This document shows, one piece after another, positions 13,053 to 23,365 of a stretch of DNA of 64,000 nucleotides. The stretch is taken from NCBI GenBank assembly GCA_028824415.1, contig JAPPDX010000134.1:13175-77174 (forward strand), written 5' to 3'. The translations under genes were made by a program, and so were the position numbers. Within the stretch, counting starts at the first letter, position 1. Each line of letters starts with the position of its first letter. The notes under the pieces were generated by a model. It did no database searches and was not told the origin of the DNA. It worked only from the letters and a program-made list of their open reading frames with translations. This stretch comes from a bacterium. Lineage in GTDB: Bacteria; Actinomycetota; Acidimicrobiia; Acidimicrobiales; CATQHL01.

Positions 13053-14054
13053 TCAATCCTCCTCGGCGCCCCTCAGCAGCCTCGCCCCCGCACCCCTCAG
13101 CAGGGGAGTCAGGAAGCGGCCCGCCTCGCGCACGCCCTCCTCGTAGGTCTGGTAAGGGTCCTCGTTCTCGATGCTCACGTAACCGTCGTAGCCGGCGGCC
13201 GCCAGGGCGTCCACGAGCGCCCCCCAGAAGACGGCGTCGTGTGCTCGTCCGATCGTCCGGTAACGCCAGGCCCGCGCCGAAGGGTCATCGAACGGCCGCT
13301 GGTCCAGGACACCGGCGAGAGCCAGTTCCTCGGGCACCATCTCGGTGTCCTTGAGCTGCACGTGATGGACCGCCTCGCCGAGGACCTCCACGACCCGGAC
13401 CGGGTCCATCTGCTGCCAGAACAGATGGCTGGGATCGACGTTGGCGCCGATCATGGGCCCGACCGCCTCCCGCATGCGCAGCAGCGTGGGCACGTTGTAC
13501 ACGAGGTGGATCGGATGGAGTTCGAAGGCGATGCGGCGCACACCGCAGCGCTCGGCCAGATCCGCCATCTCCGACCACAAGGCGATCCCCTCAGACCACT
13601 GGCGTTCCAACAGTGCCACGCTGTCCTCGGGCCACGGATAGAAGACCCAATTGACGGTGGATGAGCCGTCCCCGTCGCCGGTCGTGCCCGACATCGTCAC
13701 GATTTTTTCGACGCCAAGGAGTTCGGCCAGCCGGAACGTGTCCTCGATGAGCCGGCGGTGCTCGGGCCCCCGCAGCGGGTGCAAGGGCATTCCGGCGCAG
13801 TTGAGTGCGGAGATCTCCAGGCCTCGGCTGGCGAACGCCTCGGAGAACATCGCCCGGCTGCGGTCGCTCTCGAGCAGGTGGCGAACACCCGAAGGCTGCC
13901 CGGCCTGGGTGACCTCGATCCCCCTCGCCCCGATCTCCGCCGCGATGTCGAGGCGAGCCTCGAACTCGGCCCGGGTGGAGACGGGGCTCATCCAGGCCGG
14001 GCCGGCGTGCTCGGGCTTGGTCTCATCCGGCCGGCCGCTCGTGGCGGTGAACAT
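13053..14054 (-). CDS. Sugar phosphate isomerase/epimerase (xylose-isomerase-like TIM barrel, IolH-like)
   Basis: SALNCAGMPLHP, AFELHP, GANVDPSHLFWQ, HVQLKD, VSIENED; start uncertain (14054 or 13991). Confidence 0.85.
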   Translation of the reverse strand: MFTATSGRPDETKPEHAGPAWMSPVSTRAEFEARLDIAAEIGARGIEVTQAGQPSGVRHLLESDRSRAMFSEAFASRGLEISALNCAGMPLHPLRGPEHRRLIEDTFRLAELLGVEKIVTMSGTTGDGDGSSTVNWVFYPWPEDSVALLERQWSEGIALWSEMADLAERCGVRRIAFELHPIHLVYNVPTLLRMREAVGPMIGANVDPSHLFWQQMDPVRVVEVLGEAVHHVQLKDTEMVPEELALAGVLDQRPFDDPSARAWRYRTIGRAHDAVFWGALVDALAAAGYDGYVSIENEDPYQTYEEGVREAGRFLTPLLRGAGARLLRGAEED

Positions 14055-14222
14055 CCGGACGATGAGCCCCAGGGCGGGGCCACGCGAGCGCCCGGCACCC
14101 CTCACCGCGTCAATCCATCCATGCGGGTCAACCTCGTCGCCTTCCGGGGGAACCTCTGGAGCCCCGCCCGCGGTCTCGCGAGGACAGTAACCGAGGCGGG
14201 ATCGTGCGCTTGCCCGAAGGCT

Positions 14223-14264
14223 CCGGGTGCGTCCGCCGGCCTGCGATGCCGCGGACGCACCCGG
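14223..14264. terminator. GC-rich stem-loop downstream of sugar SBP gene
   Basis: CCGGGTGCGTCCGC ... GCGGACGCACCCGG perfect 14-bp stem. Confidence 0.55.
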
Positions 14265-14284
14265 TCTACGTACCTACGAGGCCC

Positions 14285-15256
14285 TCAGCCCTCCGGATAC
14301 CACTCGTCGATGTTGCTGGCGTCGATGGGCACGTGGGTGACGTGGTTCACCCGCTGGGGAGTACCGCCGTCGAGGATGTCGGCGATGATCGGGCGCAGGA
14401 ACTCGCCGTAGCGGTCCGGGAAGTAGCCGATCGACATGATGAACGGTGAGTCCGGATCGCGGATCTCCGCCAGCGCGTCCGAGGCGCCGCCGTTGGACAG
14501 CACCACACCGGCGTCCAGCCGGCCGAGTTGCTCCATGGCCGCCACCACGGCGACGCCGGCGAGGTCGTTGGTCGTGGCGATGAACAGCAGGTTCTTCGCG
14601 TCCGGGTTGGCGTTCAGGTACGCCGCCGCAGCGGCCTGCGTCTCCGAACCCTCCAGCACGACGTCGTTGAGGGTGATGGTGTCCATCGTCCACTCCGGGA
14701 ACGTCTGGGAGATCACGTCCATGGCAACGACCAGGCGCGCCTTGGTCTCGTCGGGCCAGGTGCTCTGGAAGATGCCGAAGATGCCGTCGACGTTGCCGCC
14801 CCAGTTGCTATTGATGTAGTCGAGGGCGTACTCGCCCATCTGCTGGCCCGCCGACTCGCCGTGGGCACCGAACCAGTACACGTCATCAGCCGGTGCGGGG
14901 ATCGGACCGTCGATGAAGATCATCGGGATCTCCGCCTCGGCCATCTTCTCCAGCGTGGCCTCGTAGTTGGTGATGCCGCCGTCGAAGTTGAGGTAGACGT
15001 CCACCTCGCGGGTGATCATGGCGTCGGCGTTGGCCAGCATCTTGTTGGCGTCCAGGTCGTGGTCGAGGGCGTACAGCTCCCAACCCGCATCGGCAGTCTC
15101 CGCGGTCACGCCGTTCTCGACGTCGTTGCAGAACTCGCAACCGGTCCGCAGGATGTTGGCGAATCCGACCGTCTTCTCGTCGTCATCGCCCCCGCAGGCG
15201 GCCGCGATCAGTACGACGGCCACAATGAGGGCCAGCAGGCCCGACAGTTTCTTCAC
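14285..15256 (-). CDS. Sugar ABC substrate-binding lipoprotein (Peripla_BP/RbsB-like)
   Basis: Lipobox IAAAC; type I periplasmic binding fold pattern (SIGYFPDRYG); GTG start. Confidence 0.88.
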   Translation of the reverse strand: MKKLSGLLALIVAVVLIAAACGGDDDEKTVGFANILRTGCEFCNDVENGVTAETADAGWELYALDHDLDANKMLANADAMITREVDVYLNFDGGITNYEATLEKMAEAEIPMIFIDGPIPAPADDVYWFGAHGESAGQQMGEYALDYINSNWGGNVDGIFGIFQSTWPDETKARLVVAMDVISQTFPEWTMDTITLNDVVLEGSETQAAAAAYLNANPDAKNLLFIATTNDLAGVAVVAAMEQLGRLDAGVVLSNGGASDALAEIRDPDSPFIMSIGYFPDRYGEFLRPIIADILDGGTPQRVNHVTHVPIDASNIDEWYPEG

Positions 15257-15355
15257 GAGACTCCCCCATGATTCGGCGCCCGGCTGATCCGGGCAATGCT
15301 CCAACTGTACGAAACGGCGCAGGCCCGCGCTAATGGCACCGGCCGGACGGGGCAC

Positions 15356-16453
15356 TCAGGCGACGGCCTCCAGGTGGCCGCTTTGGGCGCTGCGGTAGGC
15401 GGCTTCGATGATCTCCACCGTCCGGACGCCCAACTCGCCGGGCGAGTTATTCGGGGCGTCGGTGCCCCGGGCAAGGGCGACCAGCGCGTCGATCGGCCCG
15501 GCGCAGTCGTAGGCCCCCGCCTCGGACGCCAGCGGAACGGTCAACTCCCCCTCGTCGACGCGGTAGCGGGTCAGCAACTCGCGGTTCAGGTCGACCGTGA
15601 GTTGGCCCTCGGAGCCGATGACCTGCACGACCAGGTAGTGCTTGCCGGCGTTGACGGCCAGGTGCGCCGAGGCGCCCGAGACGCTGCCGATGGCACCGCT
15701 CGTGAACCGCACCGAGATGCTGTCGTGGAACTCCACCTGCGTGCCCTGTGGTGACGCCATCATGGCGAACACCTCGGCACCGCGCAGCCCGGTGAGCCAG
15801 AGCCCCAGGCCGAGTGCATGGCTGAGCTGCGCCTGGGCGTACCCCCCTCCGGAGATCGCCGGATCGGTCAGCGTCTCGGGGCGGGGCGTCAGTTCGGGAA
15901 CCTGCTCGCCGCTGACGATCTCGCCGGCGGTCTGGTCGGCCGCGAACGACGGCTGGCGCCCGACGAGGGCCTCGCGGGTGGTGGAGGACATCACAATCGA
16001 GACATGCTCGATCTCGCCCACTCCCCCGTCCCGGTCCATCAGCTCCTTCGCCCGGATGACGATGTCCTTGTAGTGCCATCCGAGGGCGATGAGCAGGTGG
16101 CGATCGGCGGCGTCGGCGGTGGCAGCAAGATCGCGGGCCTCTTCGGGGTGCAGGGTGAAGGGCTTCTCCACGAGCACGTGGGCGCCGGCCTCGAGCGCGG
16201 CCTTGGCCTGCTCGTGGTGCCAGCGCACGGGGCTGGCGACCACCACGATGTCCGGATTGGCCTCCAGGACGCCCTCATAGTGGGTGTGCGCCGAGGCGAA
16301 CCCGAAACGGGCCCGCACGCTCTCGGCCATCTCCGGGTCCCGACGGTTGACGGCCACGAAGTCCACCGTGTCTCGGTGGTGCTGGAGGCGGGGCAGGTGC
16401 GACGCCACGCTCCAGGCTCCGGCTCCGATCACGCCGAGTCGCAGCTTGCTCAT
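15356..16453 (-). CDS. Gfo/Idh/MocA family oxidoreductase
   Basis: LGVIGAGAW, HVLVEKP. Confidence 0.9.
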   Translation of the reverse strand: MSKLRLGVIGAGAWSVASHLPRLQHHRDTVDFVAVNRRDPEMAESVRARFGFASAHTHYEGVLEANPDIVVVASPVRWHHEQAKAALEAGAHVLVEKPFTLHPEEARDLAATADAADRHLLIALGWHYKDIVIRAKELMDRDGGVGEIEHVSIVMSSTTREALVGRQPSFAADQTAGEIVSGEQVPELTPRPETLTDPAISGGGYAQAQLSHALGLGLWLTGLRGAEVFAMMASPQGTQVEFHDSISVRFTSGAIGSVSGASAHLAVNAGKHYLVVQVIGSEGQLTVDLNRELLTRYRVDEGELTVPLASEAGAYDCAGPIDALVALARGTDAPNNSPGELGVRTVEIIEAAYRSAQSGHLEAVA

Positions 16454-16478
16454 GGATCGTCCCGTCCCATCCGCAGTG

Positions 16479-17972
16479 CTACCGGCCGGGCCCACGAACC
16501 GCCGTCAGCGCCCTGTAGAGGTCGTGGTAGCGCGCCAGCTTCGCACGGTGCCGCCTGCCGGCGGACTCCTCGGGCTCGTAGCGCCGACTCGGAGGGAGAC
16601 CCCAACCATCGCCGGCGCTGAGGCCAGTGGCGGCACCGGCGATGAGTGCCGCCCCGACGGCCGCGGCGTCCGCACTGGCGGTCGAGTCCACGGGGATGCC
16701 GAGCACGTCAGCGACGATCTGCATCCAGACCGCCGAGCGCGATCCGCCGCCGACAGCGCGGAGCGACGTCACCGGCGCGCCCGCCGCCGCGAACCGCTGG
16801 GCCATCACCGCGGTCTCCAGGGCCACACCCTCCAGCAGGGCACGGACGATGTGGTGCCGCTCGGTGGCGAACGTCAGGCCGATGAGCGCGGCTGTCGCCT
16901 GCGGGTCGTCGAAGGCGGTGCGCGAGCCGGCGAAGTGCGGCAGGACAATCAGGTCGGTCTCGACATCGGCCACACCGGCGACGATCCGGTCGTAGAACCC
17001 GTCCTCGGTACCGGCGCCCTCCGGCACTGCCACGTCCACGGCGCCGAACCGATCGCGATACCAGCGCAGGACCGCACCCCCGGCGGGGGTTCCGGCGATT
17101 GCGAGCCGCGTTCCCGCCTCCAGGTACGGCACCGTCGGCACCGAGGACGGCGCCGGCCGGTCGGTACGCAATACAGCCGCCAACACCGCGACGGTCCCGA
17201 GCGACAGCATGGCGCACGCATCGGCCCCCGCGGCGATCCCGGCGCCGCGGGCGGCGCAGACCTGATCCAACCCCCCGGCCACCAGCAGTGCGCCGTCGGC
17301 GAGCCCCAGGTCGCGGGCCTGGCGCGCCGCGACGGCGCCGACGACCGTGCCGGTGGGAACCGGAGCCGGGAGCTTTCGAACATCCACCCCGGCAGCGTCG
17401 AGGATCTCCGCCGACCAGCAAGCACCGGCGGCATCGAAGGCGAGAGTCCGCGTCGCCATCGTGTGGTCGATGACGGGCGGAAGTCCCAGGCGGACGGCGC
17501 AGAGGTCGCCGAAGCAGGCGAGGGTTGCGGCGCGGCGGTAGGTCTCGGGCGTCTCGGTGGCGATCCAGCGCCACTTGGCGACCGAGTAGTGCGGCTGCGG
17601 CGCCACGCCGCACACGGCGGTGAGCCGCTCCGTCCCAACGGCGGCGACCAGCTCCTCGAAACAGGCGCCGGCTCGGCCGTCGAAGGAGACGATCGTCGGG
17701 GCCAGTGCCTCACCGGACGCGTCGATGGGCGTCACCGCTTCGCCGAGAGTGGCGAACGCCAGAGCCCGCGGCGGTTCGGCCACGGCCGCGGCGACCTCCC
17801 GGATGGTGGCACAGACCGTCTCCCAGACGCCGTCGGGGTCCAGCTCGGCCCATCCTGGCCGCGGCGTCGCCAGGGGATACTCGCGGTACGCGGTCGCCCG
17901 CACCGACCCGTCGAGTCCCACCGCGGCGGCCTTGCACCCGGTCGTGCCGACATCGACGCCTAGGAGCGTCAC
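16479..17972 (-). CDS. FGGY-family carbohydrate kinase (xylulokinase-like)
   Basis: GVDVGTTGCK, GGLDQ, LSLGT, LPHFAG, RALLEGVA, VGGGSRS. Confidence 0.92.
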   Translation of the reverse strand: MTLLGVDVGTTGCKAAAVGLDGSVRATAYREYPLATPRPGWAELDPDGVWETVCATIREVAAAVAEPPRALAFATLGEAVTPIDASGEALAPTIVSFDGRAGACFEELVAAVGTERLTAVCGVAPQPHYSVAKWRWIATETPETYRRAATLACFGDLCAVRLGLPPVIDHTMATRTLAFDAAGACWSAEILDAAGVDVRKLPAPVPTGTVVGAVAARQARDLGLADGALLVAGGLDQVCAARGAGIAAGADACAMLSLGTVAVLAAVLRTDRPAPSSVPTVPYLEAGTRLAIAGTPAGGAVLRWYRDRFGAVDVAVPEGAGTEDGFYDRIVAGVADVETDLIVLPHFAGSRTAFDDPQATAALIGLTFATERHHIVRALLEGVALETAVMAQRFAAAGAPVTSLRAVGGGSRSAVWMQIVADVLGIPVDSTASADAAAVGAALIAGAATGLSAGDGWGLPPSRRYEPEESAGRRHRAKLARYHDLYRALTAVRGPGR

Positions 17973-18091
17973 CGGCCCACCGCTTCCTGGAGGATCCCGG
18001 CGGTCCCGCCGCCGGCGTCCGAACCCGCGGCGACGCCGGTGAGGGTCATCAGGTGCGGGGAGGGCCCTCTGGAACCGGGCCGTTCATCCCC

Positions 18092-18721
18092 TCAGGCCAC
18101 GATCATGTCGGCGCCGACGCGCTCGAGCGTCTGGGGATCGCCGACCCGCAGGGCGAGATGCATGACCTGCGCGTTGAACTCGATCCCGATGGTGCGCTCG
18201 GCGGCGTTCTCCACGGTGTCGGCCACGACCAGCAGGCCGTGGTTCTGCCAGACCACGCCGTGTCGCTCACCCATGATTTCCAGCATCTCGGCGACGAACG
18301 CCTCGTCGCGGCGGTGGCGGAACGGCATGATGGGGATGCTGCCGTTGGCCGACTTCAGGCCGGTCGTGGTCACCGGCAGGATGTCCCGGTTCAAGGCTCC
18401 GAACGCGTTCACGTACGGCGGCTCGGTGTGCAGCACGGCAAAGACCTCCGGGCGCGCCGCGTAGACGCCCACGTGCAGGAGCGCGTCATACGACGGGTCG
18501 AGGCGACCGTCCAGCTGCGTCCCGTCCGGGGCGAGTACGACGAGGTCGTCGGGTGTCATGTCCTCATACGGATACGCATGCGGGGTGATCACGACGTTGC
18601 CCGTGTCCCGATCGCGGGCACTCAGATTTCCTTGGGACGCGGGCATCAGCGACGACGCAGAGAGCCGCTTCATCGTCACCGTGATGCTGTGACACAAGTC
18701 CGCCGCCACCAGATCAGCCAC
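18092..18721 (-). CDS. Class II aldolase/adducin family (FucA/AraD-like)
   Basis: QGNLSAR, PSYDALLHVGVY, VLHTEP, QNHG. Confidence 0.88.
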   Translation of the reverse strand: MADLVAADLCHSITVTMKRLSASSLMPASQGNLSARDRDTGNVVITPHAYPYEDMTPDDLVVLAPDGTQLDGRLDPSYDALLHVGVYAARPEVFAVLHTEPPYVNAFGALNRDILPVTTTGLKSANGSIPIMPFRHRRDEAFVAEMLEIMGERHGVVWQNHGLLVVADTVENAAERTIGIEFNAQVMHLALRVGDPQTLERVGADMIVA

Positions 18722-18835
18722 CGTGACCTCCGATCCTCGCCGGCTCCCAGCGACCCTAGTTCACCCGGCTACGGAACCCCGGGCCGGGAGCGCGGGGTTC
18801 CGCGGCGCGGCCGGCGCGCCGTAGGATCGCCGCCC

Positions 18836-19258
18836 ATGAGCATCTGCACCGTTGAGATCGACGTCGCCGCCGATCCGCAGCGAACCTTCGCCTTCCTGGC
18901 CGACGCCTCCAACCAGCCCGCCTGGCGCCACGACGTGGAGACCTGTTCGTTGACCGAAGGCACGCCCGGAGCCGCCGGCGCCGTCTACCGGCAGACCAAT
19001 CGCGGCCAGGAGGTCGAGTTCCGGATCACCGAGGTGGACGACGACTCCTCCATCTCCTGGGTCTGCGCCGAGGAGACCTCGTGGCCGGTGCGCGGCACCT
19101 ACCGCCTCAGCGACCTGGACGGGGGCGGCACACGCATCACCATGGACCTGGAGATGAAGCCCTCCGGGCCGTTCCTCCTGCTGCGACCGCTCGTGCCGCT
19201 GATGGTCAAGGCACAGCGCAAAAAGTACGAAGCAGGACTGCAGGGCGCCCTCGGCTGA
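18836..19258 (+). CDS. SRPBCC/polyketide cyclase family protein
   Basis: MSICTVEIDV...FAFLADASNQPAW; START-like pattern. Confidence 0.75.
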   Translation: MSICTVEIDVAADPQRTFAFLADASNQPAWRHDVETCSLTEGTPGAAGAVYRQTNRGQEVEFRITEVDDDSSISWVCAEETSWPVRGTYRLSDLDGGGTRITMDLEMKPSGPFLLLRPLVPLMVKAQRKKYEAGLQGALG

Positions 19259-19325
19259 CGCCGTCCGGGGTGCTAGGAGTCTGCCGAAGAATCCCTCCGC
19301 GAGTGCGAATCGAGCCGCTAGACAG

Positions 19326-19351
19326 TGGATTCCGGCCTACGCCGGAATGAC
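19326..19351 (-). repeat. REP-like palindrome, short form
   Basis: Minus strand GTCATTCCGGCGTAGGCCGGAATCCA between convergent genes; 1 mismatch to copy at 40279. Confidence 0.8.
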
Positions 19352-19370
19352 GCAGAGGGGACCCGCAGCA

Positions 19371-20408
19371 CTACTCAGCAGTCTCCCAACCCTCCGCCGG
19401 GGGTCCGAACGGCAGGACGTGGCAGGCCACCCGGTGCGGCCCGTCGTCGGGTGCGAGCGCCGGGTCGTCGGTCTCGCAGACGTCGGTGGCGTAGGGGCAG
19501 CGGGTCCGGAACCGGCACCCCGACGGGATGTCGAGCGGCGAGGGAATGTCCCCCGAGATTGGGGTGGTCTCGTCGGCTGCGCCGAGCGTGTAGGGATCGG
19601 GATGGGCGTCGAGCAGGGCCCTCGTGTACGGATGCCGGGGGGTTCTGAAGACAGCGTCAACCGGGCCTTCCTCGACGATCCGCCCGAGGTACATGATGGC
19701 GACGCGGTCGGCGACGTGGGAGACGACGGCCAGGTCGTGGGCGATGAAGATCATCGCCAGACCCAACTCGTCGCTCAGTTGGGCGAACAGATTCAGGATC
19801 TGGGCCTGGATCGACACATCCAGCGCGCTCACGGCCTCATCGGCGATCAGCACCTCGGGTTGCACGGCGAGGGCTCGGGCGATGGCGGCCCGCTGGCGCT
19901 GACCGCCGCTCAGAGCCCGGGGACGGCGCCCGGTGAACGATCGCGGCAACCCGACCACTTCGAGGAGGTCGCCGACGAAGTCGTTCCCCTCGCGACCGTG
20001 CACCTTGCCGGCTTCCTCGATGGCAGCCCCGATCGACATCTGCGGGTTCAGCGAGGTGAACGGATCCTGGTAGATCATCTGCATCCGCCCGTGGAGGTCG
20101 CGGCGCATCTGCCCCGTGGCCTCGGTCACGTCGACCCCGTCGAAGTGGATGCTCCCCTGATTGGGTCGGTACAGGGCGACCAGGCAGCGGGCCAGGGTGC
20201 TCTTCCCGCTGCCTGATTCGCCGACGATTCCGAGTACCTCGTTCGGCAGCAACTGCAACGAGACGCCGTCGACGGCGTGAACGCGCTCCCGTGGATTCCG
20301 GCGAATCACGTCGATCGGCGAGCGCGGGACGGGGAACCACTTCTCGAGCGCCTCCACAACGAGAATCGGATCGCCGTTGCGGGCACCGTCGGGCGCTTGC
20401 GTGCTCAT
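19371..20408 (-). CDS. Oligopeptide/dipeptide ABC ATP-binding protein (OppF/DppF)
   Basis: GESGSGKST, LSGGQRQR, IADE, HPYT, C-terminal CRFRTRCP. Confidence 0.93.
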   Translation of the reverse strand: MSTQAPDGARNGDPILVVEALEKWFPVPRSPIDVIRRNPRERVHAVDGVSLQLLPNEVLGIVGESGSGKSTLARCLVALYRPNQGSIHFDGVDVTEATGQMRRDLHGRMQMIYQDPFTSLNPQMSIGAAIEEAGKVHGREGNDFVGDLLEVVGLPRSFTGRRPRALSGGQRQRAAIARALAVQPEVLIADEAVSALDVSIQAQILNLFAQLSDELGLAMIFIAHDLAVVSHVADRVAIMYLGRIVEEGPVDAVFRTPRHPYTRALLDAHPDPYTLGAADETTPISGDIPSPLDIPSGCRFRTRCPYATDVCETDDPALAPDDGPHRVACHVLPFGPPAEGWETAE

Positions 20409-21427
20409 GATTCGCGCCTCGCGAACGGGCACGCCGAGAGCTGCGTCGGCGAGACGGCGGTCAGTTCCATGGACACCTCTGCACAGTCGTGACGGGCAAG
20501 CGGGCAGCGAGGGGCGAAGGGGCAACCCTCGGGCAGCTTCAACAGGTCCGGCGGCTGGCCCGGAATGGTCCGCAGTTCCGTTCGATCCTCCGGGGTGAGT
20601 TGCGGCATGGCGTCGATGAGTGCCCGCGTGTACGGGTGGTCCGGGCTGCTGAACAGCACGTCGGTGGGAGCCACCTCTACGATGCGCCCGGCGTACATGA
20701 CCGCCACACGATCCGCGGCGGTGCCGATGACCCCCATGTCGTGCGAGACCAGGATCATCGACATGTTCCGCTCACGGCGCAGGTCCTCGAGGAGCTGCAG
20801 CACCTGATCCTGGATCGTGACATCGAGGGCGGTCGTGGGCTCGTCGGCCAGCAGCAGGCGGGGCTCACCGGCCAGCGCCATGGCAATCATGACGCGCTGA
20901 CGCATGCCGCCGCTCATCTCGTGCGGGAACGCCGACATGCGCCTGTCCGGCGCGGGGATTCCCACCCGCTCGAGTAACTCGATGCTCCTGGCGCGTGCCG
21001 CGGCCCGGCCCAGTCCGGCGTTGAGACGCAGGACCTCGGAGATCTGATGGCCGATCGTGAAGACGGGATTCAGAGCGCTGGCAGGGTCTTGGAAGATCAT
21101 GGCGATCTCGCGGGCCCGGAGTTCGCGCATCTCGGTGCGGTTGAACTCCAGCACGTTGCGCCCGTCGTAGTCGATGCGTCCGCCGAGCACCGCTCCCGGA
21201 TGGGGAACCATCCCCACGATGGCGCGGCACGTGACGCTCTTGCCGGACCCCGACTCGCCCACGAGGCCGAGCACCTCGCCCTGACCGACGGTCAGATGCA
21301 CGTCATTGGCAGCGAGGACGATGCCCTCCAGCGACGGGAAGCCGATGCGGAGCCTCTTGATGGTGAGCAGCGGCGGGGCCGAGGTCTCCGCCTGGTCGGC
21401 GCGGAGTGCCCCCTCGGTCGACGTCAT
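20405..21427 (-). CDS. Oligopeptide/dipeptide ABC ATP-binding protein (OppD/DppD)
   Basis: GESGSGKS, MSGGMRQR, LADEPTTALD, HPYT, CPFAPRCP. Confidence 0.93.
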   Translation of the reverse strand: MTSTEGALRADQAETSAPPLLTIKRLRIGFPSLEGIVLAANDVHLTVGQGEVLGLVGESGSGKSVTCRAIVGMVPHPGAVLGGRIDYDGRNVLEFNRTEMRELRAREIAMIFQDPASALNPVFTIGHQISEVLRLNAGLGRAAARARSIELLERVGIPAPDRRMSAFPHEMSGGMRQRVMIAMALAGEPRLLLADEPTTALDVTIQDQVLQLLEDLRRERNMSMILVSHDMGVIGTAADRVAVMYAGRIVEVAPTDVLFSSPDHPYTRALIDAMPQLTPEDRTELRTIPGQPPDLLKLPEGCPFAPRCPLARHDCAEVSMELTAVSPTQLSACPFARRES

Positions 21428-22326
21428 CCGACCACCCCGAACTTCTGGCCGAGGCGGTCGGCCAGCGAATCGCCGATCATGCTGAAGCCGGCTCCCAGGA
21501 CCACGATCACCACGCCCGGCAGCGTCGTGACCCACCACGCCTGCTGGAGGAACGACTGGCCGTCGGCAACCATCGCGCCCAGCTCCGCCGTCGGTGCCTG
21601 CACGCCGACCCCCAGGTACGAGAGGCCCGCCAGCAGCAGCAGGTTCAGGACGATGTCGGCCATCGAGAACACGAGGTTCGACCTGATCAGGTTGGGAACG
21701 GCATGCCGGAGGATGACGCGCCGCGGCGAGTAGCCCAGCGTGCGCGCCGCGAGGATGAACTGCTGCTCGCGCAAGACCAGCATGTCGCCCCTCGTGAGCC
21801 GGGCGTACAAGGTCCAGCCCACGGCAAGGACGCCGATGTACACCCCCTTCAGGCCGGGCCCCAGGATCGCCACCACGGCGATCACCAGCACGATGAACGG
21901 GAAGGCGATGAAGGCGTCGATCACGCGGACCGTGATGGCGTCCACCCATCCCCGGAAGTAGCCGGCGAGCGCCCCGACGATCATCCCGAAGACCATCGGC
22001 ACGTAGGTGATGATGAGCACCACCACCAGGTCGAGCCGGATGGCGTAGAGCGTGCGGGTGAAGATGTCCCGACCGAACGGGTCGGTCCCCATCCAGTGCT
22101 TCCCGGACGGGCTCAGCAGGCGCTGGGTCAGGTCGACGGCATTGGGGTCGAAAGGAGCGATCAGAGATGCGAAGAAGCCGGCGACCGCGAGCGCTCCCAC
22201 GATGACGATCCCGACGCCCAGGGTGACGTTCGACCAGCGCCGCTCCGCCTGGGCCTGGCGCAGCAGGGTGGCGGCCTCCCCCCGGAGACCCACGGCACGG
22301 CGGCCCGCCCAGGCGAGGGTCCTCAT
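21424..22326 (-). CDS. Peptide ABC permease (OppC/DppC)
   Basis: HWMGTDPFGRD, EAA-loop FILAARTLG, LSYLGVG. Confidence 0.92.
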   Translation of the reverse strand: MRTLAWAGRRAVGLRGEAATLLRQAQAERRWSNVTLGVGIVIVGALAVAGFFASLIAPFDPNAVDLTQRLLSPSGKHWMGTDPFGRDIFTRTLYAIRLDLVVVLIITYVPMVFGMIVGALAGYFRGWVDAITVRVIDAFIAFPFIVLVIAVVAILGPGLKGVYIGVLAVGWTLYARLTRGDMLVLREQQFILAARTLGYSPRRVILRHAVPNLIRSNLVFSMADIVLNLLLLAGLSYLGVGVQAPTAELGAMVADGQSFLQQAWWVTTLPGVVIVVLGAGFSMIGDSLADRLGQKFGVVG

Positions 22327-23270
22327 TCGGCGGCCATCCCCGCTCGCACCCGCGGGTCGACAACGGCGTAGGCGGCGTCGGCGAGGATGTTGACGAGGAT
22401 GACCATCGCCCCGAAGACGAGGATCAGCCCCTGGATCACGGGATAGTCCCTGTTGAGCACCGATTGCACCAGCAATGCCCCGAGACCCGGCACCTGGAAG
22501 ACCACCTCCACGATCACCGTGCCGCTGATGAGGAAACCGATGTTGATGGAGAGAACGCTGATCAGTGGCACCAAGGCGTTGCGCATGGCCAGCTTGCCCA
22601 CCACCCGGCTCTCCCGGTAGCCCCGGGAGCGGGCGGCCTCCACATAGTCGCTGTCGATCGCCTCGATGAGACTCGAGCGCAGCGTCCGCATCAGCTGCGG
22701 GGCGAGATAGAGGCCGATCGTGAGCGCCGGCAGCGTGAGGTGCAGAAGGATCCCGCCGAACCCTTCCCCGTACCCCCCGCTGGGCAACACATCGAGCTGG
22801 ATGGCGAACAGCAGGATCAGCATCAGGCCCAGCCAGAACTGCGGCATGGCGAAGGACACCATGCTCGTCAGCCGGACGACCTGGTCGGGCACGCGGTTGC
22901 GGTAGATGGCCGAGAGGGCGCCGAGCGGCACCGAGATGATCAGCGCCAGGACAGTGGCGTACAGGAGCAGGTAGACCGAGGGCAGGAGCCGGTCGAACAC
23001 GATGTCGTTCACGGGCGCCCGCTTGATGATGGACGAACCCAGGTCGCCCTGGAAGGCGCGCTCCACGAACTGCACGATCTGCTGGCCCATCGGGAGGTCG
23101 AGCCCGAGATCCTCGTTGACGGCGGCGATGTTCTCGGGTGTCGCCTGGAGACCCAGCATCTGCACGACCGGGTCGCCCGGTATGAGCCGGATGACCAGGA
23201 ACGACACGAGGATGATGGCGGCCAGCACCCAGATGCTGTGCAGCAGCCGCCGCCCTAGGAACCCCCACAT
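22323..23270 (-). CDS. Peptide ABC permease (OppB/DppB)
   Basis: PGDPV, GDLGSS, YVEAARSRG, RDYPVIQG. Confidence 0.93.
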   Translation of the reverse strand: MWGFLGRRLLHSIWVLAAIILVSFLVIRLIPGDPVVQMLGLQATPENIAAVNEDLGLDLPMGQQIVQFVERAFQGDLGSSIIKRAPVNDIVFDRLLPSVYLLLYATVLALIISVPLGALSAIYRNRVPDQVVRLTSMVSFAMPQFWLGLMLILLFAIQLDVLPSGGYGEGFGGILLHLTLPALTIGLYLAPQLMRTLRSSLIEAIDSDYVEAARSRGYRESRVVGKLAMRNALVPLISVLSINIGFLISGTVIVEVVFQVPGLGALLVQSVLNRDYPVIQGLILVFGAMVILVNILADAAYAVVDPRVRAGMAAE

Positions 23271-23294
23271 ACGCGAAAACGACCTCCCGGCGTG

Positions 23295-23325
23295 GGTCGG
23301 GTCCCCGTGGCACGGGGACCCGACC
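23295..23325. terminator. Stem-loop downstream of peptide SBP gene
   Basis: GGTCGGGTCCCCGT-GGC-ACGGGGACCCGACC perfect 14-bp stem. Confidence 0.55.
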
Positions 23326-23365
23326 AGTATCGCGTCGTGGCGACTACGTCGCCGTTGTCAGAGCG

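Noticed and set aside
16284-17963. Many long overlapping ORFs (e.g. 16284-17963, 29295-30146, 57522-58922)
   Set aside because: Arg/Pro/Gly-rich off-frame or antisense products expected from stop-codon scarcity at high GC; real genes occupy other frames.
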